This document shows, piece by piece, positions 52,925-62,925 of a DNA stretch of 64,000 nucleotides. Each line of letters begins with the position of its first letter. Positions within the stretch are counted from its first letter, which is position 1. Source of the DNA: an uncultured Gemmatimonadales bacterium (lineage in GTDB: Bacteria > Gemmatimonadota > Gemmatimonadetes > Gemmatimonadales > GWC2-71-9); the NCBI GenBank assembly GCA_963704805.1, contig CAVPHS010000002.1, positions 260,709 through 324,708 of the forward strand, read 5' to 3'. A program made the translations under genes and the position numbers. The notes beneath the pieces were generated by a model, which worked only from the letters and a program-made list of their open reading frames with translations, was not told the DNA's origin and made no database searches.

Positions 52925-54616
52925 ATGGCACTGCTGCGCAGCCTGATCCCCGCGCTCCAGTGGCTGCGGGGTTACCAGAAGGACTGGCTCCGCGCCGACG
53001 TCACGGGAGGCCTCACCGCCGCGGCAGTTGTCATCCCCAAGGCCATGGCGTACGCCGCCATCGCGGGCCTCCCGCTGCAGGTGGGCCTGTACACGGCGTT
53101 CGTGCCGATGGTGATCTACGCGGTGTTGGGAACGTCGCGGGCGCTCAGTGTCAGCACGACCACCACGATCGCGATCCTCGTGGGCGCCGAGCTGCGGGAA
53201 TTGCTGCCGGGCGGCGGCCCGGCGGAGCTGGTCACCGCGGCGGCGGCGCTGGCGCTGCTGGTGGGCGTCATGCTGGTCGTGGCCGGCGTGCTGCGATTCG
53301 GCTTCGTGGCAAACTTCATCTCCGAGCCCGTGCTCATCGGGTTCAAGGCCGCGATCGCGCTCGTCATCACCGTCGATCAGATCCCCAAGCTGCTCGGGTT
53401 TCACATCACCAAGGCAGGCTTCTTCCGCGACGTCCTCTCGGTCGTCCAGCACGTGCCACAGACCTCATTGGTCACGCTCGCCATGGCGGTCGCGCTGTTC
53501 GTGCTGATCTTCGCGCTGGAGCGGTTCGTGCCCCGGGCCCCGGCGCCGCTCGTCGCCATCGCCCTCGCGATCGCTGCATCGAGCCTGTTGGGCCTGACGC
53601 AAGCCGGCGTGGAAACGGTTGGCGCTGTCCCGCGTGGGCTCCCGCACTACACCCCGCCGGCGTCGCTGGATCTGTTCGTGAAGCTGTGGCCCGCCGCGGC
53701 CGGGATTGCGCTGATGAGTTTTACCGAGACCGTCGCCGCGGCGCGGGCGTTCCGAGGTCGCGGTGAGCCGCCGCTCGTTCCCAATCAGGAGCTCTTCGCC
53801 CTTGGGCTCGCGAACGTGGGGGGTGGTCTGTTCAGCGCTATGCCGGCGGGGGGCGGGACGTCACAGACCGCCGTCAACAGCCGGGCCGGCGCGCGCTCCC
53901 AGATTGCCGGACTGGTCACGGCCCTGATGGCACTCGCGACGCTGCTCCTGTTGGCACCCGTAATCGCGCTGATGCCGCAGGTGGCCCTCGCCGCGGTCGT
54001 AGTCGCCTACTCGGTGGAGCTCGTCAAACCGGCGGACTTCCGGGAGATCCGGCGCACCCGGCGGTCGGAATTCCGCTGGGCAGCCATCGCGGTCCTGGGG
54101 GTCCTGCTGCTCGGCACCTTGAAGGGAATCATCGTCGCGGTGATCGCGTCGCTGCTCGAGCTCGCGTACGATGCGTACAACCCGCCGGTCTACGCGGTCG
54201 GCCGCAAGCGCGGCACCAGCGTGTTTCGCCCGCTGTCGCCGGAGCACCCGGACGATGAGACGTGGCCGGGCCTGCTGCTCCTGCGGACCGAGGGCCGGGT
54301 GTTCTTTGCCAACGCCCAGCGGGTGGGCGACCGGATGTGGCCGCTGATCGATGGCACGCGGCCCCCCCCGTCCGTCGTGGTCATCGACGGCAGCGCCATC
54401 ATCGACATCGAGTACACGGCGCTCAAGATGCTCACGGAGGGGGAGGAGAAGTTGCGCGACCGTGGGGCCACACTCTGGCTCGCGGGGCTGAACCCGGAGG
54501 TGCTCACCATGGTCCGGAAATCCACATTGGGAAACGTGCTCGGCCCCGCGCGACTGTTCGCCAATCTCGATACCGCCGTCGCTGCCTACCTCAAAACTCC
54601 TCGGGGACGAACTTGA
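52925..54616 (+). CDS. SulP-family anion transporter with a C-terminal STAS domain
   Basis: 563-aa ORF with the SulP N-terminus WLRGYQKDWLRADVTGGLTAAAVVIPKAMAYA. It has multiple TM segments, and the STAS-like tail reads VVIDGSAIIDIEYTALKML. Confidence 0.9.
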   Translation: MALLRSLIPALQWLRGYQKDWLRADVTGGLTAAAVVIPKAMAYAAIAGLPLQVGLYTAFVPMVIYAVLGTSRALSVSTTTTIAILVGAELRELLPGGGPAELVTAAAALALLVGVMLVVAGVLRFGFVANFISEPVLIGFKAAIALVITVDQIPKLLGFHITKAGFFRDVLSVVQHVPQTSLVTLAMAVALFVLIFALERFVPRAPAPLVAIALAIAASSLLGLTQAGVETVGAVPRGLPHYTPPASLDLFVKLWPAAAGIALMSFTETVAAARAFRGRGEPPLVPNQELFALGLANVGGGLFSAMPAGGGTSQTAVNSRAGARSQIAGLVTALMALATLLLLAPVIALMPQVALAAVVVAYSVELVKPADFREIRRTRRSEFRWAAIAVLGVLLLGTLKGIIVAVIASLLELAYDAYNPPVYAVGRKRGTSVFRPLSPEHPDDETWPGLLLLRTEGRVFFANAQRVGDRMWPLIDGTRPPPSVVVIDGSAIIDIEYTALKMLTEGEEKLRDRGATLWLAGLNPEVLTMVRKSTLGNVLGPARLFANLDTAVAAYLKTPRGRT

Positions 54617-55424
54617 AGGGGTAGTCGGGCTCCTCGTACCCATCCGGCTTCCCCCGCTTGGGCAACTTCACAGCTTCGCGCGGCACTTTCTTGTAGGGAA
54701 TCTGGCTGAGCAGATGGGTGATCAAATTGAGGCGCGCCCGCCGCTTGTCGTCGGACTTCACCACGTACCACGGCGCCCATGCGGTGTCGGTCGCCTTGAA
54801 CATGTCGTCCCGCGCTCGCGAGTAGTCGTACCACTTGCCGTACGATTCGAGATCCATGGGCGAGAGCTTCCAGATCTTGCGCCCGTCGTCGATCCGTGAT
54901 TCGAGGCGGCGGGTTTGCTCTTCCATGCTCACCTCGAGCCAGTACTTGAGCAGGATGATGCCGGACTCCACGATGATCTTTTCCATGGCCGGCGCCAATT
55001 GAAGGAAGCGCTCAACCTCCTCCTCGGTGCAGAACCCCATGACGCGCTCGACGCCGGCGCGGTTATACCAGGAGCGGTCCCAGATCACGATCTCGCCGGC
55101 TGCCGGCATGTGGGGCAGGTAGCGCTGGATATACATCTGGCTCTTCTCCCGCTCGGTGGGCGAGGGGAGTGCGATGACCCGGAACACTCGCGGGCTGACG
55201 CGCTCGGTGATCGCCTTGATCGTGCCGCCCTTGCCGGCGCCGTCACGCCCTTCGAACACGATACAGATCTTTTTGCCCTTGGCTTTCACCCATTCCTGGA
55301 CCTTCACGAGCTCGACGTGGAGCTTGGCCAGCTCCCTGTCGTATTCCTTCCCCGTCAGCTTGTTCTTGTCCTCGTGGTTCGAGTCCTTTGCGCGCTTCTT
55401 GTCACCCATGGGTTCTGTCCTCAT
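54591..55424 (-). CDS. ppk2: Polyphosphate kinase 2
   Basis: 277-aa ORF with FEGRDGAGKGGTI (Walker A), IWDRSWYNR and the PPK2 lid region. Confidence 0.9.
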   Translation of the reverse strand: MRTEPMGDKKRAKDSNHEDKNKLTGKEYDRELAKLHVELVKVQEWVKAKGKKICIVFEGRDGAGKGGTIKAITERVSPRVFRVIALPSPTEREKSQMYIQRYLPHMPAAGEIVIWDRSWYNRAGVERVMGFCTEEEVERFLQLAPAMEKIIVESGIILLKYWLEVSMEEQTRRLESRIDDGRKIWKLSPMDLESYGKWYDYSRARDDMFKATDTAWAPWYVVKSDDKRRARLNLITHLLSQIPYKKVPREAVKLPKRGKPDGYEEPDYPFKFVPEEF

Positions 55425-56956
55425 TGCGCTTTCACCGCCGCCTTGGTTGAGTCCCGGCGCTCCGTCTCCTCGACCACCAGCCGGTATGCGATGTAGTACT
55501 TGAAAATGTTGGCGACGTAGGTCACGGTCTCGCGCCCGATGCGCTCAGACGCGATCTGTTCCACGTTTCCAAACCAGACGTTGGGGTTGAGTCCGCGCTT
55601 CTCGGCTTCGCTCCGCAACTGGCGCACCCGACCCACCCCCGCGTTGTACGCCGCGAAGGTGAACAGCGCCTTGTTCAGGTCATCCATCGGCTCGTTCTCG
55701 AAGTACGCATCCCGCACTGAGCGCATGTGCTTGACGCCGGCGTGGATGTTCGGCTCGAGTTGTGTGATGTCGCCGACCTTCAGGAGCTTGCCGGTCTCCG
55801 GCATGATTTGCATGATGCCGATGGCACCGACCGGACTCCTGGCGTACTGATGGAGCCGGGACTCCTGGTACCCCTGCGCGGCCATCAGCAGGAAATCCAC
55901 GTTGTACCGGTTGCTGTACTTCCGAAAGAGCGCCACGACCGCCAGGAACGCCTTGCGCCCTGCCACCGACGTGGCGCTCTTCGCATACTTCGCGTTGACG
56001 AGGTAGTCTCGGTTGACCCGATCGCCAAAGGCCGTGCCCAACCCGTACTTCCCCATGAACGTGTTCAGCGCCGCGAGCAGGTGCGGGTTGTTCTTGCGGA
56101 CCGCGATCGCGAGCGTGCCGCCTGAGTGCAGCGTGATGCTGTCGTGGACGATGAGTTTCCGAAAGATCTTCTTCCAGAAGACGGCGAGATAGTCGTCGAC
56201 CACGACGGCCGGGATCAGGCCGGCGTTCACCATCTCGAGCAGGTCATCATCCTCCAGGTTCGGCGGGGCCTCCCGAATCACCACCGGCGGCCTGCCCTGG
56301 GATTTGAATAGCTCGTTGAGCGCGCGCAGGCTCTGGGCGTAGCCGCCAAATTCGCGCGCGAACACTTCTTTGCCCGACAGGTCCGCGATGGTGCTGATCG
56401 CCGGCGCGCCCCCCCTCGCCCCCCCCGCCCCCCCCGGGCCGGTGACCAGGATCTGGTGCACGTTCGTCCGGGTGGGATCGCTGAAGGCGACGTGCTGCTG
56501 CAGCTCGGGCGTCACCGGGATTTGGGCCGCGACCAGGTCCACCTTGCCGTCGATGAGCGCCGACAGCAGCATTTCGCGCGGCAGCGGCAGGAAGATGACG
56601 TGGATCTTGTTGCTGTTCCCGGTGCGGAAGTGTCGGTTGAGCCGTTCCTCCATGAGCTGGCCGTACTCGTACGCGATGCCGCGTGGCACGCCCTTGTCGA
56701 CGTAATAGAACGTGCGATTGAACGCCACCCCGATCCGCACGACTCGTCGCTGGACAACCTCGTCGAGGTCGCCGGTAAACGGCCTCAGCACCACCTCGCG
56801 CACCGAAGCCGGCAGCTGGGTTTCGAGGTCGGAGGGCGGGAGTGGAGCCTCGGCCTCCTCGACTGGCGGCGCCTGCTGCGCTGGCGGCTTGTCGCCACCG
56901 CACGCCGTGAGTGCCACCACGGCGCCAACGAGCAGAACAGCAACGAGTTTGGTCAC
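55421..56956 (-). CDS. mltF: MltF-like lytic transglycosylase (solute-binding-protein-like domain + SLT domain)
   Basis: ORF 55421..56998. GTG at 56956, 1 nt after the asd stop, gives the lipoprotein signal VTKLVAVLLVGAVVALTACGG. SLT motifs are AAQGYQESRL, GIMQIMP and AAYNAG. Confidence 0.8.
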   Translation of the reverse strand: MTKLVAVLLVGAVVALTACGGDKPPAQQAPPVEEAEAPLPPSDLETQLPASVREVVLRPFTGDLDEVVQRRVVRIGVAFNRTFYYVDKGVPRGIAYEYGQLMEERLNRHFRTGNSNKIHVIFLPLPREMLLSALIDGKVDLVAAQIPVTPELQQHVAFSDPTRTNVHQILVTGPGGAGGARGGAPAISTIADLSGKEVFAREFGGYAQSLRALNELFKSQGRPPVVIREAPPNLEDDDLLEMVNAGLIPAVVVDDYLAVFWKKIFRKLIVHDSITLHSGGTLAIAVRKNNPHLLAALNTFMGKYGLGTAFGDRVNRDYLVNAKYAKSATSVAGRKAFLAVVALFRKYSNRYNVDFLLMAAQGYQESRLHQYARSPVGAIGIMQIMPETGKLLKVGDITQLEPNIHAGVKHMRSVRDAYFENEPMDDLNKALFTFAAYNAGVGRVRQLRSEAEKRGLNPNVWFGNVEQIASERIGRETVTYVANIFKYYIAYRLVVEETERRDSTKAAVKAQ

Positions 56957-56957
56957 C

Positions 56958-58010
56958 TCAGCCTTTGAGGTAGCCTCGAGCGAGCAGCAGCTCGGCATTC
57001 AGAATGGCCGCGCCCGCGGCCCCGCGGATGGTGTTGTGGCTCAAAGCAACGAAGCGGTGACCCATCACGGCGTCGGGGGCGAGGCGCCCCACGGTCACGC
57101 TCATTCCTCGCCCCGCCTCGCGGTCGAGCCGGGGTTGGGGACGATCGGGTTCGTTGCGTACCACGATCGGTCGCTCCGGGGCGCTGGGCAGCTTGAGCTG
57201 CTGGGGCGGACCGGTGAACGTCGCAAACGCCTCGCGCAGCTCCGCCAGATCGGCGGAACTGCGCAGCTTCACGCGCAGGGCCGCGAGGTGCCCGTCCACC
57301 ACGTTTACACGGTGACATTGCGCGCTCACGCTGAAAGTGGCAGGCGTCACCCGCCCTCCCCCATCGCCCAACGTCCCGAGGATCTTTCTCGTCTCGCGGG
57401 CGATCTTTTCCTCTTCTTCGGCGATGAAGGGAATGACGTTGTCGGTGATGTCGAGCGCTGCGACGCCCGGGTAGCCGGCACCGGAAATCGCTTGCAGGGT
57501 CGTGGCGACCACGGCTTCCACCCCGAATCGAACCGACAGTGGTGCCAAAGCGAGCGCGATCATCACAGTCGAGCAGTTCGGGTTGGCGACGATGAAGCCG
57601 CCCCCTGTCTCTTTGCACGCGTCCAGTAATCCCAGCTGCTCGGAATTGACTTCCGGGATCAGCAACGGCACCGCGTCGTCCATGCGATGGGGCGATGAGT
57701 TGGTCAGCACCGGGTAGCCAGCGCGGGCGAAGCGCGTCTCGATCTCTCCCGCGATATCCGACGGCAGGCTCGAGAACACGAGATCACAATCGAGCGGCGG
57801 TTCGGGTGCCTGGACCACAAGGTCGGCAACGCCGGCAGGCACGGCGCCCGGGAGCCGCCAGGTGGACGCTGTGGCGTACGGCTTGCCTTGCGACCGATCG
57901 GAGGCAGCAACGGCCGTGACTACAAACTGCGGGTGATGCTCGAGCAGTTGGAGAAACCGCTGCCCCACCGTGCCCGTGGCGCCGAGGATCCCTACGCGTA
58001 TGCGTGCCAT
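56958..58010 (-). CDS. asd: Aspartate-semialdehyde dehydrogenase
   Basis: 350-aa ORF with GILGATGTVGQRF and NPNCSTV (active-site Cys) motifs. Confidence 0.95.
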   Translation of the reverse strand: MARIRVGILGATGTVGQRFLQLLEHHPQFVVTAVAASDRSQGKPYATASTWRLPGAVPAGVADLVVQAPEPPLDCDLVFSSLPSDIAGEIETRFARAGYPVLTNSSPHRMDDAVPLLIPEVNSEQLGLLDACKETGGGFIVANPNCSTVMIALALAPLSVRFGVEAVVATTLQAISGAGYPGVAALDITDNVIPFIAEEEEKIARETRKILGTLGDGGGRVTPATFSVSAQCHRVNVVDGHLAALRVKLRSSADLAELREAFATFTGPPQQLKLPSAPERPIVVRNEPDRPQPRLDREAGRGMSVTVGRLAPDAVMGHRFVALSHNTIRGAAGAAILNAELLLARGYLKG

Positions 58011-58124
58011 CGCCCGCTCCTTGACGCCGCTGTGGCCCGACGTGACTATTGAACATACAGCCGATCAGCTCGTGGTGATTTGCCGCGTATTGCCGCCACG
58101 TAAAACAAAGTGCTAAAAAGCGAC

Positions 58125-58164
58125 CGCCCGCGGCGTGACATTGCGCGGGCGTTTCTGTTCTTTC
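58125..58164 (+). terminator. Intrinsic-terminator-like hairpin in the thrB leader (candidate attenuator)
   Basis: An 8-bp perfect GC stem, CGCCCGCG (58125..58132) / CGCGGGCG (58144..58151), encloses an 11-nt loop and is followed by TTTCTGTTCTTTC. It ends 19 nt before the thrB ATG, and there is no co-directional upstream gene. Confidence 0.5.
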
Positions 58165-58182
58165 GAGGTGCTAGGGCCACCG

Positions 58183-59091
58183 ATGCGCGCGACGGTAACA
58201 GTGCGGGTCCCAGGCTCGACGTCCAATCTGGGCGCCGGATTCGACTGCGTTGGCATCGCGGTGGACCGCTGGCTCCGCGTCACGGCTCGGCTCGCTCCTG
58301 GTGCAGCCGGAATGGAGCGGCGGGGAACCCTGCAGGCGCTCGACACGCCACTCGAGCACGATCTGCTGTTTCGCGGCTTCGCCGCCGCCTGTGACCGCGC
58401 CGGACAAGAAGTTCCCAAAGACGTTGCTTTCCTCGCGGACTCAGGAATCCCGGTCGCGCGAGGGCTTGGCTCGTCGGCAGCGGCGGTCGTGGCAGGAGCC
58501 GTCGCCGCCACGGAGTTGCTCTCTCTCCAGCTCGATCGCGCCGCAATCACGACCCTATGCACCGAGATCGAGGGACACCCCGACAACGTCGCCCCGATGG
58601 TGCACGGCGGTGCGACGCTCGCGGTGTCCACCCCCGATGGCCTGGTGGTGTCGCCACTCGTGGTGCACCCGTCCCTGGCCCTGGTGTTCGCGATCCCGGA
58701 TTTCTCGATCGAAACGAAGCGTGCCCGCGCCGTACTGCCGGCCGCGTTAGCGTATTCCCATGCGGTGCAGGCGGCGGCCAGGAGCGCAGCCCTGGTGCAG
58801 GGATTGGCGCAGGGAGACCCGCGGCTGCTCGCGGCGGGCTTGGACGACGTGTTGCACGTGCCGTTTCGACGGTCGCTGGTCGTTGGTTACGACGCGGTGA
58901 CGTCCGCTGCGCGTTCCGCCGGCGCCTACGGCGCGACGCTGTCCGGCTCCGGACCCACGCTCGTGGCCGTCGCGCCCATCGGCCGCACCGACGCCGTGGC
59001 GGTGGCCATGGTTCGCGCCTGGCGCGACTGCGGTATCGTGGCCGAGCCCTTCCATGTCGCTCGACCGGCGGGTGGGTATGAGACGGACTAG
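58183..59091 (+). CDS. thrB: Homoserine kinase
   Basis: The ORF track starts at 58135. ATG at 58183 gives MRATVTVRVPGSTSNLGAGFDC. The GHMP motif is PVARGLGSSAAA. Confidence 0.9.
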   Translation: MRATVTVRVPGSTSNLGAGFDCVGIAVDRWLRVTARLAPGAAGMERRGTLQALDTPLEHDLLFRGFAAACDRAGQEVPKDVAFLADSGIPVARGLGSSAAAVVAGAVAATELLSLQLDRAAITTLCTEIEGHPDNVAPMVHGGATLAVSTPDGLVVSPLVVHPSLALVFAIPDFSIETKRARAVLPAALAYSHAVQAAARSAALVQGLAQGDPRLLAAGLDDVLHVPFRRSLVVGYDAVTSAARSAGAYGATLSGSGPTLVAVAPIGRTDAVAVAMVRAWRDCGIVAEPFHVARPAGGYETD

Positions 59092-61624
59092 GCCCTCCTC
59101 CCGGCCCCCGCACATCCACAAGTTCGGTGGTGCGTCGCTCGCCGACGCCGCGAGCATGCGTCATGCGGCGACGATCGTCCTGCAGCAACCCGCGCCCAAG
59201 GTGGTGGTGATTTCGGCCATGGCCGGAGTCACCGACGCCCTGCTCGATGTCGCCGGCCGCGCGGCGCAGGGCGATGTGGAGTCGGTGCGCAGCGCTGCGC
59301 AAGCGCTACGGACAAAGCACACCGAAACGGCGCGAGCGCTCGTGCGCCGTGGCCCACGTTTGGACGCGCTGGTGCAAATGATCGATTCGGCGATCGCCGA
59401 GCTGGAGCAGCTCGCGGGTGGGCTCGGCGTCTTGCGCGAACTCACGCCGCGTACCGTTGATTACATCGTGGCGCGGGGCGAGCGACTCTCGGCCCAACTG
59501 TTCAGCGCCGCGCTCAGCGAAGCGGGGTGCCAGGTCGCATACGTCGATGCCACCGAGGTCATCCAGACCGACGGGATGTTCGGCCGCGCCGCCCCGGACC
59601 TCGGACGGACCGACCGGAGCGCGCGCCGCGTGCTCGCGCCCCTGCTCGCGCAGGGCACCGTCCCCGTGGTACCAGGATTCCTCGGCGCCACTCCGGAAGG
59701 GCAGGTCGCCACGTTGGGACGGGGCGGATCGGATCTCACGGCAACGTTGCTCGCGCGCGCGCTCGGGGCGCAGGAGGTGTCGCTCTGGAAGGATGTGCCG
59801 GGCCTGCTCACCGCCGATCCGCGGATCGTCCCCGACGCGCGGGTCGTGCCCCAAGTCCACGTGCGCGAAGCGGCGGAGCTCGCCTACTACGGCGCCAAGG
59901 TGCTGCATCCCCGAGCGCTGATCCCGATAATCAAGCGGAAGGTCGCGATTCGGATCCGCCCGTTCGCCGACCCTGCCTCATTGGGAACGGAGATCTCGCA
60001 GCGACGCACCCTGGAGCAGTATCCGGTGAAGGCGCTGTCAGCGATCCCGGGGCAGGCGCTGCTCACGGTCGCCGGCAACGGCATGCTCGGTGTCCCCGGC
60101 ATCGCGGCACGCACGTTCGAAGCGGTGCACCGCGAAGGAATCTCGGTCTCGCTCATCACGCAGGCCTCGTCAGAGCATTCCATCTGCTTCAGCGTGCCTG
60201 CCGAGAGCGCGACACGCGCGCGCAAGAGTCTGGAGGAAACCTTTCGCCCCGAATTGGCGCGACAGGAGATCGACAGCGTTGAAGTCCAGACCGGCCTGGC
60301 CACGCTTGTGGTGGTCGGGCTGGGCATGGCCGGCACGCCGGGCATCGCGGCGCGCGTGTTCTCGGCCCTGGCGGAGGCGGGGATCAACGTGATTGCCACC
60401 GCGCAGGGGTCCTCCGAGCTCAATCTCTCCCTGATGGTGGATGCCAAGGACGCGGCGCGGGCGCAACGCGCCGTCCACGCTGCGTTCCAGCTTTCGAAGA
60501 TCGGCGGGGGCGCGGTGATGCACCCGGAGCGCAGCGACGTCGTGTTGCTGGGGTTCGGGCAGATCGGCCGGGCGCTCGCGCCCATGATCGCCAAGGTGAA
60601 GCGGGACGGCCTTACACTGCGCATCGTCGGAGTGATCGATCGGAGCGGCCTGATATTCGACGCGCGCGGCCTGTCGCCCCGGCGGCTGGCAGCGCTTGGC
60701 GCAGCGAAGGCCAAGGGCACTCCCCTCGCCAAAGCCGTTGGCGCCCGCCGCGCGAGCGCCGCCGAGGCGGTCGAGTTCATCGCGCGCCACGCGCTCGCCA
60801 ACCCGATCCTCGTGGACCTGACTGCCGATGACACCACCAAAACACTCACGAGCGCGCTCAGCGCCGGCATGCACGTCGTCCTCGCCAACAAACGGCCCGT
60901 CACCACGCACAAGCGGCACTATGACGCGTTGCGCACGGCAGCGCAGGCGCACGGACGTGGTCTGTTGTTCGAGGCGACCGTTGGCGCCGGTCTGCCGATC
61001 ATCGACACACACCAGAAGCTGATTGAGTCCGGCGATCGCGTCGCCAAGATCGAGGGGTGTCCCTCGGGCACGCTGGGCTACTTGTTCGGCGAGCTGGGCC
61101 GCGGCGCCTCATTCTCGGCGGCGCTGCGCGGCGCGATCGCGAAGGGCTACCCCGAGCCGGATCCGCGCGACGACCTGTCGGGCATGGATGTGGCCCGCAA
61201 GGCGTTGATCCTCGGTCGGCTGCTCGGCTTTGCAGGCGAGTTGGAAGACATCGCGGTCGAATCGCTGGTGCCGGCGGGAGCCGAGCGGCTCAGCCTCGAG
61301 AACTTCCTCGCCTCGCTCGAGCAGTTCGACGCCGCTTGGGCGCAGCGGGTGGCAGCGGCCCGCGCGCGCGGCGGTGTACTGCGCTACCGCGCGATCGTCA
61401 CGCCACGCCGCATCCGCGTCGGCCTCGTCGCCGTTCCCGCGTCGAGTCCCATGGCCGCACTCAACGGGACCGACAACCAGTTCATCTTCACCACACAGCG
61501 ATATCGCAACAACCCGCTGGTGATCACGGGGCCGGGCGCGGGACCGGCCGTGACGGCGGGCGGAATCCTGAACGACGTGCTGAAACTTGCGGGCGGGGGA
61601 GGTGGCGGGGGCGGGGCCGCATGA
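59078..61624 (+). CDS. thrA: Bifunctional aspartokinase / homoserine dehydrogenase
   Basis: ORF 59054..61624, with the start at either 59054 or 59078. It has HKFGGASL, ACT regions and a homoserine dehydrogenase part (VVLLGFGQIGR, GTLGYLF). Confidence 0.9.
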   Translation: MRRTRPSSRPPHIHKFGGASLADAASMRHAATIVLQQPAPKVVVISAMAGVTDALLDVAGRAAQGDVESVRSAAQALRTKHTETARALVRRGPRLDALVQMIDSAIAELEQLAGGLGVLRELTPRTVDYIVARGERLSAQLFSAALSEAGCQVAYVDATEVIQTDGMFGRAAPDLGRTDRSARRVLAPLLAQGTVPVVPGFLGATPEGQVATLGRGGSDLTATLLARALGAQEVSLWKDVPGLLTADPRIVPDARVVPQVHVREAAELAYYGAKVLHPRALIPIIKRKVAIRIRPFADPASLGTEISQRRTLEQYPVKALSAIPGQALLTVAGNGMLGVPGIAARTFEAVHREGISVSLITQASSEHSICFSVPAESATRARKSLEETFRPELARQEIDSVEVQTGLATLVVVGLGMAGTPGIAARVFSALAEAGINVIATAQGSSELNLSLMVDAKDAARAQRAVHAAFQLSKIGGGAVMHPERSDVVLLGFGQIGRALAPMIAKVKRDGLTLRIVGVIDRSGLIFDARGLSPRRLAALGAAKAKGTPLAKAVGARRASAAEAVEFIARHALANPILVDLTADDTTKTLTSALSAGMHVVLANKRPVTTHKRHYDALRTAAQAHGRGLLFEATVGAGLPIIDTHQKLIESGDRVAKIEGCPSGTLGYLFGELGRGASFSAALRGAIAKGYPEPDPRDDLSGMDVARKALILGRLLGFAGELEDIAVESLVPAGAERLSLENFLASLEQFDAAWAQRVAAARARGGVLRYRAIVTPRRIRVGLVAVPASSPMAALNGTDNQFIFTTQRYRNNPLVITGPGAGPAVTAGGILNDVLKLAGGGGGGGGAA

Positions 61625-62877
61625 GCAATCCAGTGCAGGTGTGCGCGGCGTGCGGCAACGAGAGCGCTGACACCGATCCGCATCCGCGGTGCGTGCGGTG
61701 TCACGGCCTGCTCGAGATCCGTCTTCCGCCCCCGCCGCAGCAAGGCAACGCGCTGCGCGCGCTGTTCGACGCGCGCCTCGCAGTGCGGCGCGGCCCGCTG
61801 GCTTCTGGTGTGTGGCGTTTTGCCGAGGTCGTGCTGCCCACCGCCGGCTCACACATCCTCTCGTATCCCGAGGGCAATACGCCCTTGTTGGCGAGCTCGG
61901 CCGTGGCCACATGGGTTGGCGCTGGCGAGCTGCTGCTCAAGCACGAAGGCCACAACCCAACGGGCTCGTTCAAGGACCGGGGAATGACCGTCGGCGTGAC
62001 TCAGGCGCGGCGCATCGGAGCCCGCGCCGTGGCGTGCGCGTCCACCGGCAACACCGCTGCCTCGCTCGCCGCCTATGCCGCGGTCGCGGGACTGCCCGCG
62101 CTCGTGCTGGTGCCCAAGGGTCAGATCGCGGCCGGCAAGCTGGCGCAGGCGCTCGCATACGGGGCGCGCACCCTGCTGGTGCGCGGCAACTTCGACGCGT
62201 GTCTCGAGCTGGCCGATCAAGCGAGCGAGCGGCTCGGCGTGTATCTGCTCAACTCCGTGAATCCATTCCGGCTCGAGGGCCAGAAGACGATCGTGCTGGA
62301 GCTGCTGCAACAGCTCGACTGGGAGCCACCCGATTGGATCGTGCTTCCGGCCGGCAATCTCGGGAATACGGCAGCGTTCGGAAAGGCGCTCGCCGAGGCG
62401 CGCGCGTGGGGCTTGATCGATCGCGTGCCCCCCCCCCGGCTCGCGGCCGTGCAGGCCGAAGGGGCCGCGCCGTTCGCGCTCAGCTTCCGCGAGAACTTCA
62501 GCCGGCCGCACCGCGTGACACCCCACACCGTCGCCACCGCGATCAACATCGGGAACCCGGTATCCTACCCGCGGGCCGTGCGCGCCATCCGTGACACCAA
62601 CGGGGTGGTCACGACCGTCAGCGACGACGCGATTCTCGAAGCCAAAGTGGTCGTGGACGGAGCGGGCATCGGGTGCGAGCCCGCGAGCGCGGCAGCGGTG
62701 GCCGGGGCGCGCCGCCTGGTTGGCGAAGGCGTGATCCGCGCGGGGGAACGAGTCGTGGCGGTGCTGACGGGTCACCTGCTGAAGGATCCCGAGTCGATCA
62801 CCCGACCCGATCATCCCAATCAACCCATCGAGATCGACGCGCAACTCGACGCCCTGGAGCGGGTGATGCGCGGCTAA
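61621..62877 (+). CDS. thrC: Threonine synthase (with an N-terminal Cys4 zinc-ribbon-like segment)
   Basis: The ORF track 5' extension lies inside thrA. ATG at 61621 overlaps the thrA stop (ATGA). The N-terminus is MSNPVQVCAACGNES...CVRCHG, and the PLP site is HNPTGSFKDRGMTV. Confidence 0.9.
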   Translation: MSNPVQVCAACGNESADTDPHPRCVRCHGLLEIRLPPPPQQGNALRALFDARLAVRRGPLASGVWRFAEVVLPTAGSHILSYPEGNTPLLASSAVATWVGAGELLLKHEGHNPTGSFKDRGMTVGVTQARRIGARAVACASTGNTAASLAAYAAVAGLPALVLVPKGQIAAGKLAQALAYGARTLLVRGNFDACLELADQASERLGVYLLNSVNPFRLEGQKTIVLELLQQLDWEPPDWIVLPAGNLGNTAAFGKALAEARAWGLIDRVPPPRLAAVQAEGAAPFALSFRENFSRPHRVTPHTVATAINIGNPVSYPRAVRAIRDTNGVVTTVSDDAILEAKVVVDGAGIGCEPASAAAVAGARRLVGEGVIRAGERVVAVLTGHLLKDPESITRPDHPNQPIEIDAQLDALERVMRG

Positions 62878-62925
62878 GCGGTGAAGCGGGACGCCATGAG
62901 CGGAATCATGTCAGGCTGCTGCCGC

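Noticed and set aside
54591-54616. A 26-bp 3'-end overlap of the convergent SulP and ppk2 genes.
   Set aside because: Both C-termini look genuine, and small convergent overlaps are common in compact high-GC genomes. There is no evidence of a special function.
58021-58116. A 31-codon TTG-initiated small ORF ending 9 nt before the thrB-leader hairpin, considered as a Thr attenuation leader peptide.
   Set aside because: It has no run of Thr/Ile codons. Its TTG coincides with the best -35 candidate, so it would not be in the transcript.
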